Positions 34,360 to 51,744 of a stretch of 64,000 bases of DNA are shown here, in pieces. The notes under the pieces are model-generated. The model searched no databases. It saw nothing but the letters and a program-made list of their open reading frames with translations, and was not told the origin of the DNA. Location: NCBI GenBank assembly GCA_002269645.1, contig NIVC01001345.1, positions 1 through 64,000 of the forward strand, given 5' to 3'. A program made the position numbers and the translations under genes. Numbering within the stretch: position 1 is the stretch's first letter; the number at the start of each line of letters is the position of its first letter. The DNA comes from Macrostomum lignano. Taxonomy: Eukaryota.

Positions 34360-36020
34360 ATCACAATTCACACCAGAAACCCCAATTCACACCTGAAACC
34401 CCAATTCACACCTGAAATCCCAACTCACACCAGAAATCCCAACTCACACCAGAAATCCCAATTCACACTAGAAACCCCAATTCACACTTGAAATCCCAAC
34501 TCACACTAGAAACCCCAATTCACACCTGAAATCCCAACTCACACCAGAAATCCCAATTCACACCAGAAATCCCAACTCACACCAGAAATCCCAATTCACA
34601 CCAGAAATCCCAATTCACACCAGAAATCCCAATTCACACCAGAAATCCCAACTCACACTAGAAATCCCAATTCACACCAGAAATCCCAACTCACACTAGA
34701 AATCCCAATTCACACCAGAAATACCAATTCACACCAGAAATCCCAATTCACACCAGAAATCCCAATTCACACCAGAAATCCCAACTCACACTAGAAATCC
34801 CAATTCACACCAGAAATCCCAACTCACACCAGAAACCCCAATTCACACTTGAAATCCCAACTCACACTAGAAACCCCAATTCACACCTGAAACCCCAATT
34901 CACACCTGAAATCCCAACTCACACCAGAAATCCCAATTCACACCAGAAATCCCAACTCACACCAGAAATACCAATTCACACTTGAAATCCCAACTCACAC
35001 TAGAAACCCCAATTCACACCTGAAACCCCAATTCACACCTGAAATCCCAACTCACACCAGAAATCCCAACTCACACCAGAAATCCCAATTCACACCAGAA
35101 ATCCCAATTCACACCAGAAATCCCAACTCACACTAGAAATCCCAATTCACACCAGAAATCCCAACTCACACCAGAAATCCCAACTCACACTAGAAACCCC
35201 AATTCACACCTGAAATCCCAACTCACACTAGAAACCCCAATTCACACCTGAAACCCCAATTCACACTTGAAATCCCAACTCACACTAGAAACCCCAATTC
35301 ACACCTGAAACCCCAATTCACACCTGAAATCCCAACTCACACCAGAAATCCCAACTCACACCAGAAACCCCAATTCACACCAGAAATCCCAATTCACACC
35401 AGAAATCCCAATTCACACTAGAAACCCCAATTCACACCAGAAATCCCAATTCACACCAGAAATCCCAATTCACACTAGAAACCCCAATTCACACTTGAAA
35501 TCCCAACTCACACTAGAAACCCCAATTCACACCTGAAATCCCAACTCACACCAGAAATCCCAATTCACACCAGAAATCCCAACTCACACCAGAAATACCA
35601 ATTCACACCAGAAATCCCAATTCACACCAGAAATCCCAATTCACACCAGAAATCCCAACTCACACTAGAAATCCCAATTCACACCAGAAATCCCAACTCA
35701 CACCAGAAATCCCAACTCACACTAGAAACCCCAATTCACACTTGAAATCCCAACTCACACTAGAAACCCCAATTCACACCTGAAACCCCAATTCACACCT
35801 GAAATCCCAACTCACACCAGAAATCCCAATTCACACCAGAAATCCCAACTCACACCAGAAATACCAATTCACACCAGAAATCCCAATTCACACCAGAAAT
35901 CCCAACTCACACCAGAAATCCCAATTCACACCAGAAATCCCAACTCACACCAGAAATCCCAACTCACACCAGAAATCCCAACTCACACCAAAAATCCCAA
36001 TTCACCTGAAATCACAATTC
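34360..36020. repeat. 19-bp minisatellite (CACACCAGAAATCCCAATT)
   Basis: Tandem array. Confidence 0.95.
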
Positions 36021-36509
36021 ACGCCAAAGATTGCACTTCTTCAAGTGATTACACTTGGACATTGTTTCAGTTGCCTGGTCAGGCCATATCTCTAATAATT
36101 AATAATGCTTTCTACTGTGAATTTTGTAAAATTGTCGTCACAGATGTCGCACAGCTATTGAATTATTAATTCAGTTTAATTTTGATTGAAATAGCTTTGC
36201 CCTATATATTAATCTTTATATGTTGGATTATTGTAGTACATAAATATATTATAATATTGGTTATTATTAATCAGAGTTCGCCAATGGTCACCGTTTCTTA
36301 TTAAAACTTCATTTTTATCTTGCGCGTTCGTCAGTCAAGTGAAGATCAAACGTGTACAAATTTAGTGACACTAAATTTGTGCCGGAAAAAATTGAAAGCT
36401 CCTGTCTTTTTCGTGCAAGTTTTGCACAGTTGCCAGCCTGCAGGAGACGACAGGAGCTCAACTTTTGTCACCTCTTGGGCGTGGCAGATCCGGCATCTAC
36501 CGGCCTAGG

Positions 36510-36786
36510 AGACAGGGGCGCCCACCGAGACACAGGGGCGCCCACCGAGAGCCAGGGGCGCTCACCGAGAGCCAGGGGCGCTCACCGAGAGCCAGGGGCG
36601 CTCACTAAGAGACAGGGGCGCCCATCAAGAGACACTGGTGCAAGGACTACTAGTGTTCCTAGTGGTCCTTGCACTGGTGCCCACCAAGAGCCAGGTACGC
36701 CCACCAAGAGACAGGGGTGCCCACCAAGAGACAGGGGTGCCCACCAAGAAACAGGGACGACCACGTACTGTACCAAGAGCCAGGGG
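36510..36786. repeat. 20-bp minisatellite (GAGACAGGGGCGCCCACCAA), left part; resumes 41217-41610
   Basis: Same unit on both sides of the LINE insertion. Confidence 0.9.
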
Positions 36787-36792
36787 TCGGGA

Positions 36793-36884
36793 GGTTCTGC
36801 CTCCCGGAGCGCGCTCGCGCGCTTCCCATGGCTGCCGCCTTCACGCGGCGGGACCGTCCGGGTTCGCCCGGCCAAGTGCAGCCA
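36793..36884 (+). ncRNA. HDV/CPEB3-like self-cleaving ribozyme (predicted by hand)
   Basis: P1 GGUUCU(36793-98)/GGGACC(36850-55); P2 UGGCUGC(36829-35)/GCAGCCA(36878-84); P3 GCC/GGC; L3 UUCACGC; P1.1 G-U at 36856-57; P4 CCGGG-UUCG-CCCGG; J4/2 CCAAG with putative catalytic C36872. Confidence 0.7.
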
Positions 36885-39800
36885 CCACCCTGGACCCGTG
36901 CGAGGGTCTTCGAGCGCCCCGGGTTTTTCCACGCTGAGCCAGACCTCCCAGCTCACCTGGCTCAGCTGCTTCTCAGAGCTGGAGACGTCGAGTCCAACCC
37001 TGGGCCGGCCTTCCCGTGCGGAGGCTGTGCCGAGGAGGTGGCCAGGGGCTACTCCACCCGCTGCTCCGGCTGCGGCCTGTGGTGGCACCGCCGCTGTTCC
37101 CGCCTCACTATTGCGGCTATCAACCGGCTCCACCGGGACAATGCGCCGTGGCACTGCCCCACCTGTGCCCCCCAGCCTGCCGCTTCAGCGCCGCAGCCCG
37201 CCGCGACTCCGGCCCCCTCCGCGGCTGCAGGCCCCACTGGCACCCACCAGACGCCAACGGCCACGACTCCACCTCCCCCGAACCCCGCGCCGGCACTTCC
37301 CCCCCTGATGGCGCAACCAGCGCGGGCGGGGGCGCCGAACAACAGCGGGGCGGCTTTCCGCATCGTCCAGCTCAACGCGGCAGGGCTCCGCTCCCGCAAG
37401 CTGGAACTGCTCCACTTCCTGGAGAAGCAGGGCGCCGACGTCGCCTGCATCCAGGAGACGAACCTGTCCGGCCACACAGCGGCCCCACGCCTCAAAGGGT
37501 GGCAGATCGCTGGCCGGAAGGACCGCAACACCGGCCGCGACGGGGAGGCAGCCAGAACCCACCACGGGGGCGTCTGCTTCCTTGTCAAGGAGGGCATTCA
37601 ATTCGCCGACCTTCCACTAGGCGAGCTCGTCACCCACGCCACGTCCGCCGAAGCCTCGGGCCTCCGTATCCACGACCCCCGGCTTCCGCGCCCCCTGGAT
37701 GTGATCAACATCTACCTCCCACCGGTCCGCGCCGCAGACGGCCGCACGGACGCCTTCGAGCCCGACTGGATCCCCGTTTCACGGGACTCGTTGGTGCTGG
37801 GCGACTTCAACGCCCACCACGGGATGTGGGACGCCTCGGCGGACGACGACGAGCTGGGCAGGGCCCTCGAAGACTGGGCGACGACCTACGACCTAGTCGC
37901 TCTGAACGACGGCTCCCCAACTAGGATCAGCCCCCGCGGCCTGCCGAGCTCCCCTGACGTCTCCTTCGCCCACGCCTCCCGGCAAGACCGGATTGAGTGG
38001 CGAACCGGGGAGCACATCGGCTCGGACCACCTGCCGATCATCATCGACATCGCAGCCTCCGGCCCGGCCCGCTCCAGCTCCAAGCGCCTGACGCGGTACG
38101 CCTACCACAAGGCGGACTGGGACCTGTTCCAGCGGACCCTCGACGAGGCCCTGGCCAGCTGGCCGGAGCGCCCCCCACGCACGGTGCCCGTCGCCGCCAG
38201 CCGGTTCGCGTCCGCCGTCACCAGCGCCGCCAAGGCGGCCATCCCGAGAGGCTGCCGGCGCGCCCCGATCGCCTGGTGGTGCCCGGAAGCCGAGGCGGCC
38301 TGCACCGCCCGCCGCGCAGCGCTCGAAGCGCTTCGCGCGAGCCCGGACGACCCGGCGCTCTCGGCCGCGTACCAGGCTGCTGCCGCCGCGGCTGCTCACG
38401 CCATCTGCCGCGCCAAGGAGTCGCTGTGGCGTGATTTCATCACCGACACGGGTCACGACCTGTGCTCCACCGACCTCTGGCGGATCATCCGGGCCCTCGA
38501 CGGACGGTCCCAGGGCACCCCCTCGTCGGCTGCCATCCAGGGCTCCACGGGGGCATCGGCCGTCTCCGACAAACAGAAGGCCGCGCTTTTCTGCCGGGAG
38601 TACGCCGCCGTCAGCAGGCTCCCCAAGAACAAGACGGAAGACCGGCCGGTCATCCAAGAAGCCCGTCACACGCTCCGCGCCCCCTGCAGCTGCCAAGGCC
38701 TCCGCAGCGGCCCCTGCTCCGACTTCCAGCCCGACGCCCTCCGCCGCGCCTTGGTGCGCCTGCCGGACCGCTCGGCCCCGGGACCGGACGGGGTCGCGAA
38801 CATCATGCTGAAGCATCTGTCCGACCTGGGGCTCCGCTGCCTCCTGGACCTCCTGAACCTCTCGTGGAGGACGGGGGAGGTGCCCGCCCCGTGGCGCCTT
38901 GCGGAGATCCGCCCGATCCCCAAATCGGACAAGCCAGCCGGCCTGACATCCAGCTTCCGCCCTATCAGCCTCCTCAGCTGCCTGGGCAAGCTCGCCGAGA
39001 AGATGGTGAACGAGCGGCTGTCCTACATCCTCGAGGCAAATGACGCCCTCCACCCGTCGCAAGCCGGTTTCCGTCAGGGCCGCTCCACGGAGGAGCACAT
39101 CGCCGCGGCGGCCCAGTACATTTTTGACGGTTTCCAGGCCAAGAAGCCGGCAGCCCGCACCGCCCTGCTCCTTGCAGACTTCTCCAGAGCCTACGACCGC
39201 GTCTGGAGAGCCGCCCTCATCGTCAAGCTCGGTCGGAAGGGGATCCCCACCTGCCTCATCCGCTGGCTCAAGGGATTTCTCTCCGACAGGAGGGCCTTCG
39301 TGCGGTGGGTTAGTGCGGCCTGCAAGCCAACCGTGTTCTCCGAGGGGCTGCCGCAAGGGTCGGTCCTTGCCCCGATCCTGTGGGTGATCTACATGGACGA
39401 CCTCCTGGACGGCGCCCCCAAGAACTGCCTCACGCTGGCGTACGCCGACGACAGCACCTTCGGCGCGCAAGGGACCACCCCTCGGGAGTGTGAGCGGGCC
39501 CTGCAACCGGCGGCCGACGGGCTCGTGCGCTGGTCCCAAACCTGGAAGGTGGACCTGAGCCGCACCAAGTCGGTCGTCGCTTTCTTCTCGCTCGACCCCC
39601 GGGAGGTCAACGGAAAGGTCCAGCCGCGCATCCTCCTCGGCGACTCGCCAGCTCCGTTCGAGCTGCACCCGAGGCTCCTGGGAGTGCACCTCGACTCCCA
39701 GCTGACCTTCCGCCACCACGCCAAGCTCCGGCGCCGCGCCCTCCAGCAGCGCACCGGCGTCCTACGCTGCCTCGCGGGCCGCGACTGGGGCCAGGACGGC

Positions 39801-41205
39801 CAGCGCCTCGCCCAGCTCTACCGCACCTACGCGGAGGCGGCCGCGCTCCACGGCGCCTCCACGTGGCTCACCTTCGCGTCCGACTCCTGCCGGGAAGAAG
39901 TCGAGATTGCACATCGATCGGCCGCTCGCGTCATCACTGGCTGCTGCCGCTCGACCGCCATTGGCGCCCTCCTGGCTGAGGCCGACCTCGTGCCCCTGGC
40001 GACCAGAGCGGAGGCGGCAGGCGCAGCCCTGTTCGAGCGAGCCCTCCGTCACCGACAACCGACTCCGCTCCGCGCTGCAGCGGGCAAGACCTCTACGCCC
40101 CGCTTGCGCGCTCACGGGGAGCCTGGGGCCTTCCGCAGGAACTGGCGCGACTCGGCGCAGCACCTGAGCGCCGCCGCCGGCCTGGCCCCCTCCCCCGGGA
40201 GCAGGAGAACCTCCCTCCGCCGCCATGGTCCGACACCAGCCGGGTCATCATCCGCTGCGACCTCCTGACCGCGACCTCCCGAGAGGACGCGCCCCACGTC
40301 AGAAAGCTGGCCGCGCTGGAGACGCTGGCGAGCCTCCCGCCCGCCGACCTGGAGCTCTGGACAGACAGTTCAGCCTCCGGGGGCACCCTCAACGGCGGAG
40401 CGGGGGCGGTCATCTTCAGCAAGACCGCGCCGCCAGTCCACCTGTCGCAGGCTGCGGGCCGTTACTCTTCCTCCTTCCGTGCCGAGGAGTCGGCTCTCCG
40501 GCTGGGGCTTCAGCACGCCGCCTCCAGGCCGGACCTTGCCTCCCTGAGCGGCCTCCGCTGCCTGACGGACTCGCAGTCCCTGCTCCGAGCCCTCGAGAAG
40601 GGACCGTCCAAGTCCTCCTCGCCAGCGTGCCGGGAGATCTGGACGCTGCTGACCCACGTCGCCGCCCGCTTCCCCATCTGGCTGCAATGGGTCCCCAGCC
40701 ACTGCGACCTCCGGCGGAACGATGCTGCGGACGTCACCGCCAAGACCGCGGCCGGCCTCCCCAGGACGAGACGCCGATCGGCTTCGGTTCTGCACGGGCC
40801 GCCCTCCGCCGGGTCCTCGCCGAGCGCACCCGCGAAGCCAACGTGGCCGACCCGCACTGCGCCACCCACCGTCTGGCAACCGCCATCGCCGCCCCGCGGC
40901 CACGCCTTAACCGGGCCGACGCGGTGACCCTCGCCCAGCTGCGCACGGGCCACTCACCGCTCCTGCGCTGGTATCGGCACCGGATCGGCCTGGACACCGC
41001 CGCCACCTGCCCCCGCTGCGGGGCCGCCGACGAAGACGTGGCCCACGTCCTCCTGCACTGCCGGGCCCTTGACGACCTTCGGGCCCGCATCCTTGGGCCA
41101 AACCCGTCCCTGGCCGTCCTCTCGACGGACGGCCTCCGCGCGCTCGATTTCCTCCGCACGGTAGGGGCGCAGACACGCCCCCCGGATCCTACCGGCCGGG
41201 AGTAA
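36828..41205 (+). CDS. LINE polyprotein (~1459 aa if two 1-bp C-run deletions are corrected): 2A peptide, PHD, APE endonuclease, RT, RNase H, CCHC
   Basis: QLLLRAGDVESNPGP; C4HC3 PHD; QLNAAG, CIQET, GDFNAH, SDHLP; FRPISLLS, QAGFR, LPQGS, YADD; WTDSS, RAEE, TDSQS, NDAAD; CPRC..H...HC. Frameshifts at ~40195 and ~40760. Confidence 0.88.
36963..37007 (+). other. 2A-like StopGo ribosomal-skipping peptide
   Basis: Encodes QLLLRAGDVESNPGP, matching the D(V/I)ExNPG|P consensus. Confidence 0.9.
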
Positions 41206-42277
41206 CAACAACAACAACCAAGAGCCAGGGGCGCCTAACGAGAGACAGGGGCGCCCACCAAGAGACAGGGCCGCCCACCAAAAGACAGGGCCGCCCACCA
41301 GGAGAAAGGGGCGCCCAACAAGAGACCGGGGCAACCACCAAGAGACAGGGGCGCCCACCAAGAGACAGGGCCGCCCACCAAAAGACAGGGCCGCCCACCA
41401 GGAGAAAGGGCGCCCAACAAGAGACCGGGGCAACCACCAAGAGACAGGGGCGCCACCAAGAAACAGGGCCGCCCACCAAGAAACAGGGGCGCCTAGCAAG
41501 AGAAAGGGGCGCCCAACAAGAGCCTGAGGCACCCAACAAGAGACCGTGGCAACCACCAAGAGACAGGGCCGCCCACCAAGAGCCAGGGGCGACCACCAAG
41601 AGATGGTTGTGCCTACCAAGAGGCGTGTACACTGGTAGTAAATGTACAGTTCAAGTTAAAAGTATTAACTGCTATTAAGATTAACTGTTAAAACTGATTG
41701 CATCCGACAAACAACTTGTACCGATGCAGTCTCTGGCTTGGGGATCTGGCTTGCTCTGCACAGACGCATGCCGCCAAATCTAATCCAGTTAATTAGTCTC
41801 CCTAGCTTCGTACTCCCCCAACATCTCACAGCCAATTTCTCTCTTTATGCTTTCTGTTTACCTTGGACAAACCTGCCGTGTGGCCTTGGGGCCCCTGCTC
41901 CGCTAAGTCTGCTGCAATTAATTTGAATGAATTTGAGCATGAGCACACTTTCTCTCTTCCCCAAGCAGCGTGTTGGGCAAACAGCTGCCTCAGTCGGTCT
42001 GGAGCTGCTTAATCCGCGGGCTTCCAGCTGCTCAGGCTCGACATCAATTTGCCACCCCCCTGCGCAAGCGGTCTGTCTGTGCGCCACTGGAATCGATTGC
42101 GAAGCAAATTTTTGTTAATAGCAACTTTTCTCAAAGACCATCTGTGAGTTTTCTCAATCCTTGGGATTGGAATTGGTGCCTTGGCTTTGGGACTTGGCAG
42201 TGGCATATTTTTCTGGGCACACAGCTTGCTCTGGCAGTGCGGCTGGGAGGGAAAATTTTCTTGGACACAGTAGGATT

Positions 42278-43051
42278 CAGGGGCGTCGCCATGGATTTTA
42301 TGGTGGGGGGGGACAATTAAGCCAAGAATTCAAAATGTACATGTACATGACTAAATTTTGGCACTCATTTCGGCGCCGCAGGCACTCATTTTAGCGCCGC
42401 AGGCACTCATTTTAGCACCACAGGCACTCATTGTAGCGCCACAGGCACTCATTGTAGCGCCACAGGCACTCATTGTAGCGCCACAGGCACTCATTTTAGC
42501 GCCGCAGGCACTCATTTTAGCGCCGCAGGCACTCATTGTAGCGCCACAGGCACTCATTGTAGCGCCACAGGCACTCATTTTAGCGCCGCAGGCACTCATT
42601 TTAGCGCCGCAGGCACTCATTGTAGCGCCGCATGCACTCATTGTAGCGCCGCAGGCACTCATTGTAGCGCCGCAGGCACTCATTGTAGCGCCGCAGGCAC
42701 TCATTGTAGCGCCGCAGGTACTCATTGTAGCGCCACAGGCACTCATTGTAGCGCCACAGGCACTCATTGTAGCGCCACAGGCACTCATTGTAGCGCCACA
42801 GGCACTCATTTTAGCGCCGCAGGCACTCATTGTAGCGCCGCAGGCACTCATTGTAGCGCCGCAGGCACTCATTGTAGCGCCGCAGGTACTCATTTCGGCG
42901 CCGAAGGCGGTAATATTTTGGCGCCCCGAAGAAAAATGGTTGATTACCACAACGACTCACCAGGTGGGGTGGGGGACAAAGCATTGGCATGTCCCCCCCA
43001 GAGCTTTTACTGGGAGGGACATGTCCCCCCCCCCCGGTGGCGATGCGCCTG
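42278..43051. mobile_element. hAT-type MITE (774 bp) containing an internal 21-bp minisatellite
   Basis: Imperfect TIRs CAGGGGCGTCGCCA / TGGCGATGCGCCTG; perfect 8-bp TSD GTAGGATT (42270-77; 43052-59). Confidence 0.85.
42350..42900. repeat. 21-bp minisatellite (GCACTCATTGTAGCGCCGCAG)
   Basis: Tandem array; source of ORFs 42351-43080. Confidence 0.95.
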
Positions 43052-43059
43052 GTAGGATT

Positions 43060-43560
43060 ACCGAAAGGGAATTTTCCTAGAAATGTAGAACTAATGAAAG
43101 GGAATTTTCCTAGAAATGTAGAACTAATAAAAGGGAACTTTCCTAGAAATGTAGAAATAATAAAAGGGAACTTTCCTAGAAATGTAGAACTAATAAAAGG
43201 GAACTTTCCTAGAAATGTAGAAATAATAAAAGGGAACTTTCCTAGAAATGTAGAACTAATAAAAGGGAACTTTCCTAGAAATGTAGAACTAATAAAAGGG
43301 AACTTTCCTAGAAATGTAGAACTAATAAAAGGGAACTTTCCTAGAAATGTAGAACTAATAAAAGGGAACTTTCCTAGAAATGTAGAACTAATAAAAGGGA
43401 ACTTTCCTCGAAATGTAGAACTAATAAAAGGGAACTTTCCTAGAAATGTAGAACTAATAAAAGGGAACTTTCCTAGAAATGTAAAACTAATAAAAGGGAA
43501 CTTTCCTAGAAATGTAGAACTAATAAAAGGGAATTTTCCTAGAAATGTAGAGCTACCAAA
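43060..43560. repeat. 33-bp minisatellite (AAAGGGAACTTTCCTAGAAATGTAGAACTAATA)
   Basis: Tandem array; source of ORF 42989-43576. Confidence 0.95.
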
Positions 43561-44054
43561 ATTGAGTTTTTCCTAGATAACTTCTACGAAAAACTTCTGA
43601 ATAGCCGGGAATTATCCTCCCCAGGTTATATCAACCCAAGGTGAATTTTCCCTGACATGAACACTAACTGAGAATCTTCCAGTTTATTCAAGCTTGTTAG
43701 CAAATAATTTTGAAACGTTAGTAAAATATACTTGCAGACGCACTACTTACTTGATTAAGTAGTTTTTAAGCAAGTTATTTTATTAGGTCGATCAGCTCAA
43801 GACATCATGCAAGCGTTTTTATTGGAGGCCTGCAACTGCAGCCAATGATACTGAGTGTGGATGATGAAGGGCGAATGCCTCCCATTTGATATTTATCTGG
43901 CTAGAGTGATCTGGGGCCATTGTCTGGCAAGCAATCAGCAATTATCGCTTCGGAGGCATCAAACCTGCAAAGGTGAGCCGTGTTTTCTGGTTCTGCTTCA
44001 GGGCAATTTTATATTTTGTATTCTTACCTTTATTGCAATACATGTGGCCTTGTG

Positions 44055-44600
44055 AATCCTGTACAGAATGCTTGATCAATATTGCACAATATTCCATTGA
44101 TTCTGAATGCTTGATAAATCTTGCACAATATTCCATTGATTCTGTACAGAATGCTTGATCAATCTTGTACAATATTCCATGGATCCTGTACAGAATGCTT
44201 GATTAGTCTTGTACAGTATTCCATGGATCCTGTACAAAATGCTTGATCAATATTGCACAATATTCCATTGATTCTGAATGCTTGATCAATCTTGCACAAT
44301 ATTCCATTGATTCTGTACAGAATTCTTGATCAATTTTGCACAATATTCCATTGATCCTGTACAGAATGCTTGATCAATCTTGTACAATATTCCATGAATC
44401 CTGTACAGAATTCTTGATCAATCTTGTACAATATTCCATTGATTCTGTACAGAATGCTTGATCAATCTTGTACAATATTCTATGGATCCTGTACAGAATG
44501 CTTGATTAGTCTTGTACAATATTCCATTGATTCTGTACAGAATGATTGATCAATCTTGTACAATATTCTATGGATCCTGTACAGAATTCTTGATCTTGTT
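44055..44600. repeat. ~44-bp minisatellite (GATCAATCTTGTACAATATTCCATTGATTCTGTACAGAATGCTT)
   Basis: Tandem array. Confidence 0.9.
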
Positions 44601-45149
44601 CCAGAATTCAGTCGTTAACCTGGAACCTGTTTCTTCATATTTCAAACTCAGCAAAGTTCACGGCAGGTTCAGCTCATTACTCAAATTGGTCTTTTGCTAA
44701 AAAATCCTCAACCTGTTACACACGCGCAGCTGTTTACCTTGGAGGTTTTGTTGACTTTCTCTGTCTGTTCGCACTTTAAACGGTCACCCCTAGTAAAGAA
44801 AAGTCGAACTTCAATCCAGCTGTTTGACCTCTCGAGCTGGCATGCCAGTCCCTGAGCATCAATATTTTCCCAACTCATTCGCTCTGCTCCCTTAAGCCGC
44901 CCGCAGGCGCTCCTGCCTCAAACATCAAACGAAAGCCGCCAGTTGAGACTGGAGTACCCGAAGGAGTATTCAGCTGCCTTGTTGGAGTGACGAGTTTCGG
45001 GTCCACGAGGGAATTTCCTGATGCTCCCGCGTGTTCTTTGAGTAGCGCTGCGTTTTGGTCATCGAATATGAGTCTTTTTTTAGTGCGGAGATAATTGTCA
45101 GGATGAGCCTGGCGGCTGGCCGCGTGCGGAAATAGCTCAGGACGGATAG

Positions 45150-45325
45150 AGATGGAATACAGATAGGATATAGACTTGAATAGAGACTGGATAGAGTTGG
45201 GATACAGATGAGATTGAGATGGGGTAGAGATGGGATAGAGTTGGGACGGAGATGGGGTAGAGATGGGGTAGAGATGGGATAGAGTTGGGATGGAGATGGG
45301 GTAGAGTTGGGACGGAGATGGGGTA
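45150..45325. repeat. (GAGATGGGGTA)-type minisatellite, left part; resumes 50696-51345
   Basis: Same unit on both sides of the second LINE. Confidence 0.85.
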
Positions 45326-45412
45326 CTACTTACTTACTACTGACGGGGGCGCAGGCGCCGCGAATAGGCCGCGAGGCCCCTATCGCAACCCCAAGGTAAA
45401 AGAGCACAAGGA

Positions 45413-50125
<4,713 letters not shown>

Positions 50126-51744
50126 TCAGGTGGTTTTGATTTATCCATGCAGAGTAGGCTGAAATGGAAAAACTGAAATGTAGAAAAGAGGGGGGGTAAC
50201 CGCTCGGGGACTGGATATACCCCCAGCCAGCTCCGTGGAGCTACCCTCTGCCACGGTAAACAGCAGAGAAGCTTTGGGTTGCCGTCTTATCCCAGGATTG
50301 CTCCCAGGCGAGGCTCCGGCAGGCCCCCGGTCCACACTCTGCAAGATCAGGGGGCGGGAGGCCGGCTGCGGGCTTGGGACACAGGCGCCAGGTCGAGTTG
50401 ACAGCCGACGCCCGAGCCCTCCCCCACAAGAGCGGCCCTCGAGAACCCGTGTGGTACCAGTTGCAACTAAGGGCTGTCGATGGGTAGTTGGCGCTTAGCC
50501 AGCAGCCAACTACTTAGCAGCCACCTGCCCCGCAAAAAAGCAGCAGGGGGATCCGTCCCCCACCAGCAGACCAAGACGAGGAAGCTAGCCGCTTCCACGC
50601 CAGGCCAGAACGAAAAGGAGGGGGAAGAGCCTCCTCGAAAAACGAAAAGCTGGCGGATGTCACAGAGTCCCTCGGTTTAAGTTGCCGTTTGCCGTAGATG
50701 GGGTAGAGATGGGGTAGAGATGGGATAGAGTTGGGACGGAGATGGGGTAGAGTTGGGACGGAGATGGGGTAGAGATGGGGTAGAGATGGGATGGAGATGG
50801 GGTAGAGATGGGATATTGATGGGACGGAGATAGGGTAGAGATGGGGTAGAGATGGGGTAGAGATGGGATAGAGTTGGGACGGAGATGGGGTAGAAATGGG
50901 ATATAGATGGGATAGAGATGGGGTATTGATGGGATGGAGATGGGGTAGAGATGGCCGGTATTGATGGGACGGAGATAGGGTAGAGATGGGGTAGAGATAC
51001 ATGTAGAGTATTGATGAGATGGAAATGGGGTAGAGATGGGGTAGAGATGGGATATAGACTTGGATAGAGATGGGATAGATGTGGGATAGATGTGGAATAG
51101 GAATGGGATAGATGTGGGATAGAATGTGGGATAGATGTGGAATAGGAATGGGATAGATGTGGGATAGATGTGGGATAGAGATGGGATAGAGACTGAGATA
51201 AAAATAGGATAGAGATGGGATAGAGATAAGATAAAGATGGGATTGAGTCTGGGATAGTGATGAGATAGATGTGGGATAGAAACAGGGGTAAAAATAGGAT
51301 ATAGACGGGATAGAGATGAGAGATCAGAATGGGATAGGACAGTTGTGGACAGTGAACATTGGAGCTTAGGAGCAATTGCAGGAGTTGAACAAAATGAATT
51401 GCTGGTTCATCCCGGCTGGCATGCTCAAACCAGATCGATTTCCATTATAGTATGATACATGTTTGGGGTGCCCAGCGCTTCGCCCCAAATCAGTGATTAT
51501 GCGGTGAGCGGCAGTCGTTTCCAGATAGGCGAGTAGGGGCAGGTATCGGTGGGGCTGGCTATGCATGTATTGAGCGCTGCTCACTCTGCTGGAAACGAAC
51601 CAGCTGCCTTCTCATCAGCTCCCTCTGATCCGCTGAAAGTCTGCCGCAGAGGCTGCCGGAGAAAACTGAAAACATTTTAGCTTGGGTATTGTATCGATTG
51701 GATTCAGTTTGTAGGAGAGGTTAGCCAAATAGAGTTCCGGAGAG

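Larger units (their letters stand above)
36787..41216 (+). mobile_element. Full-length single-ORF non-LTR retrotransposon, Ingi/L1Tc-like
   Basis: 14-15-bp TSD (A)CCAAGAGCCAGGGG (36772-86; 41217-31); (AAC)n tail; 2A + PHD + APE + RT + RNase H + CCHC. Confidence 0.9.

Noticed and set aside
36352-36827. N-terminal extension of the 1199-aa ORF from 36669 and ORF 36352-37308
   Set aside because: The extension runs through the flanking minisatellite upstream of the TSD; the element's first ATG is 36828.
37049-40226. Long antisense ORFs (e.g. 37893-39719, 608 aa)
   Set aside because: Shadow frames of a very GC-rich RT gene with no recognisable motifs.
50440-50695. Possible HDV-like ribozyme in the 5' UTR of the LOA-like LINE (UCCUCGU and CUAAG motifs present)
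   Set aside because: Could not build consistent P1/P2/P3 pairings; the motifs fall in simple local hairpins. A descriptor search would settle it.
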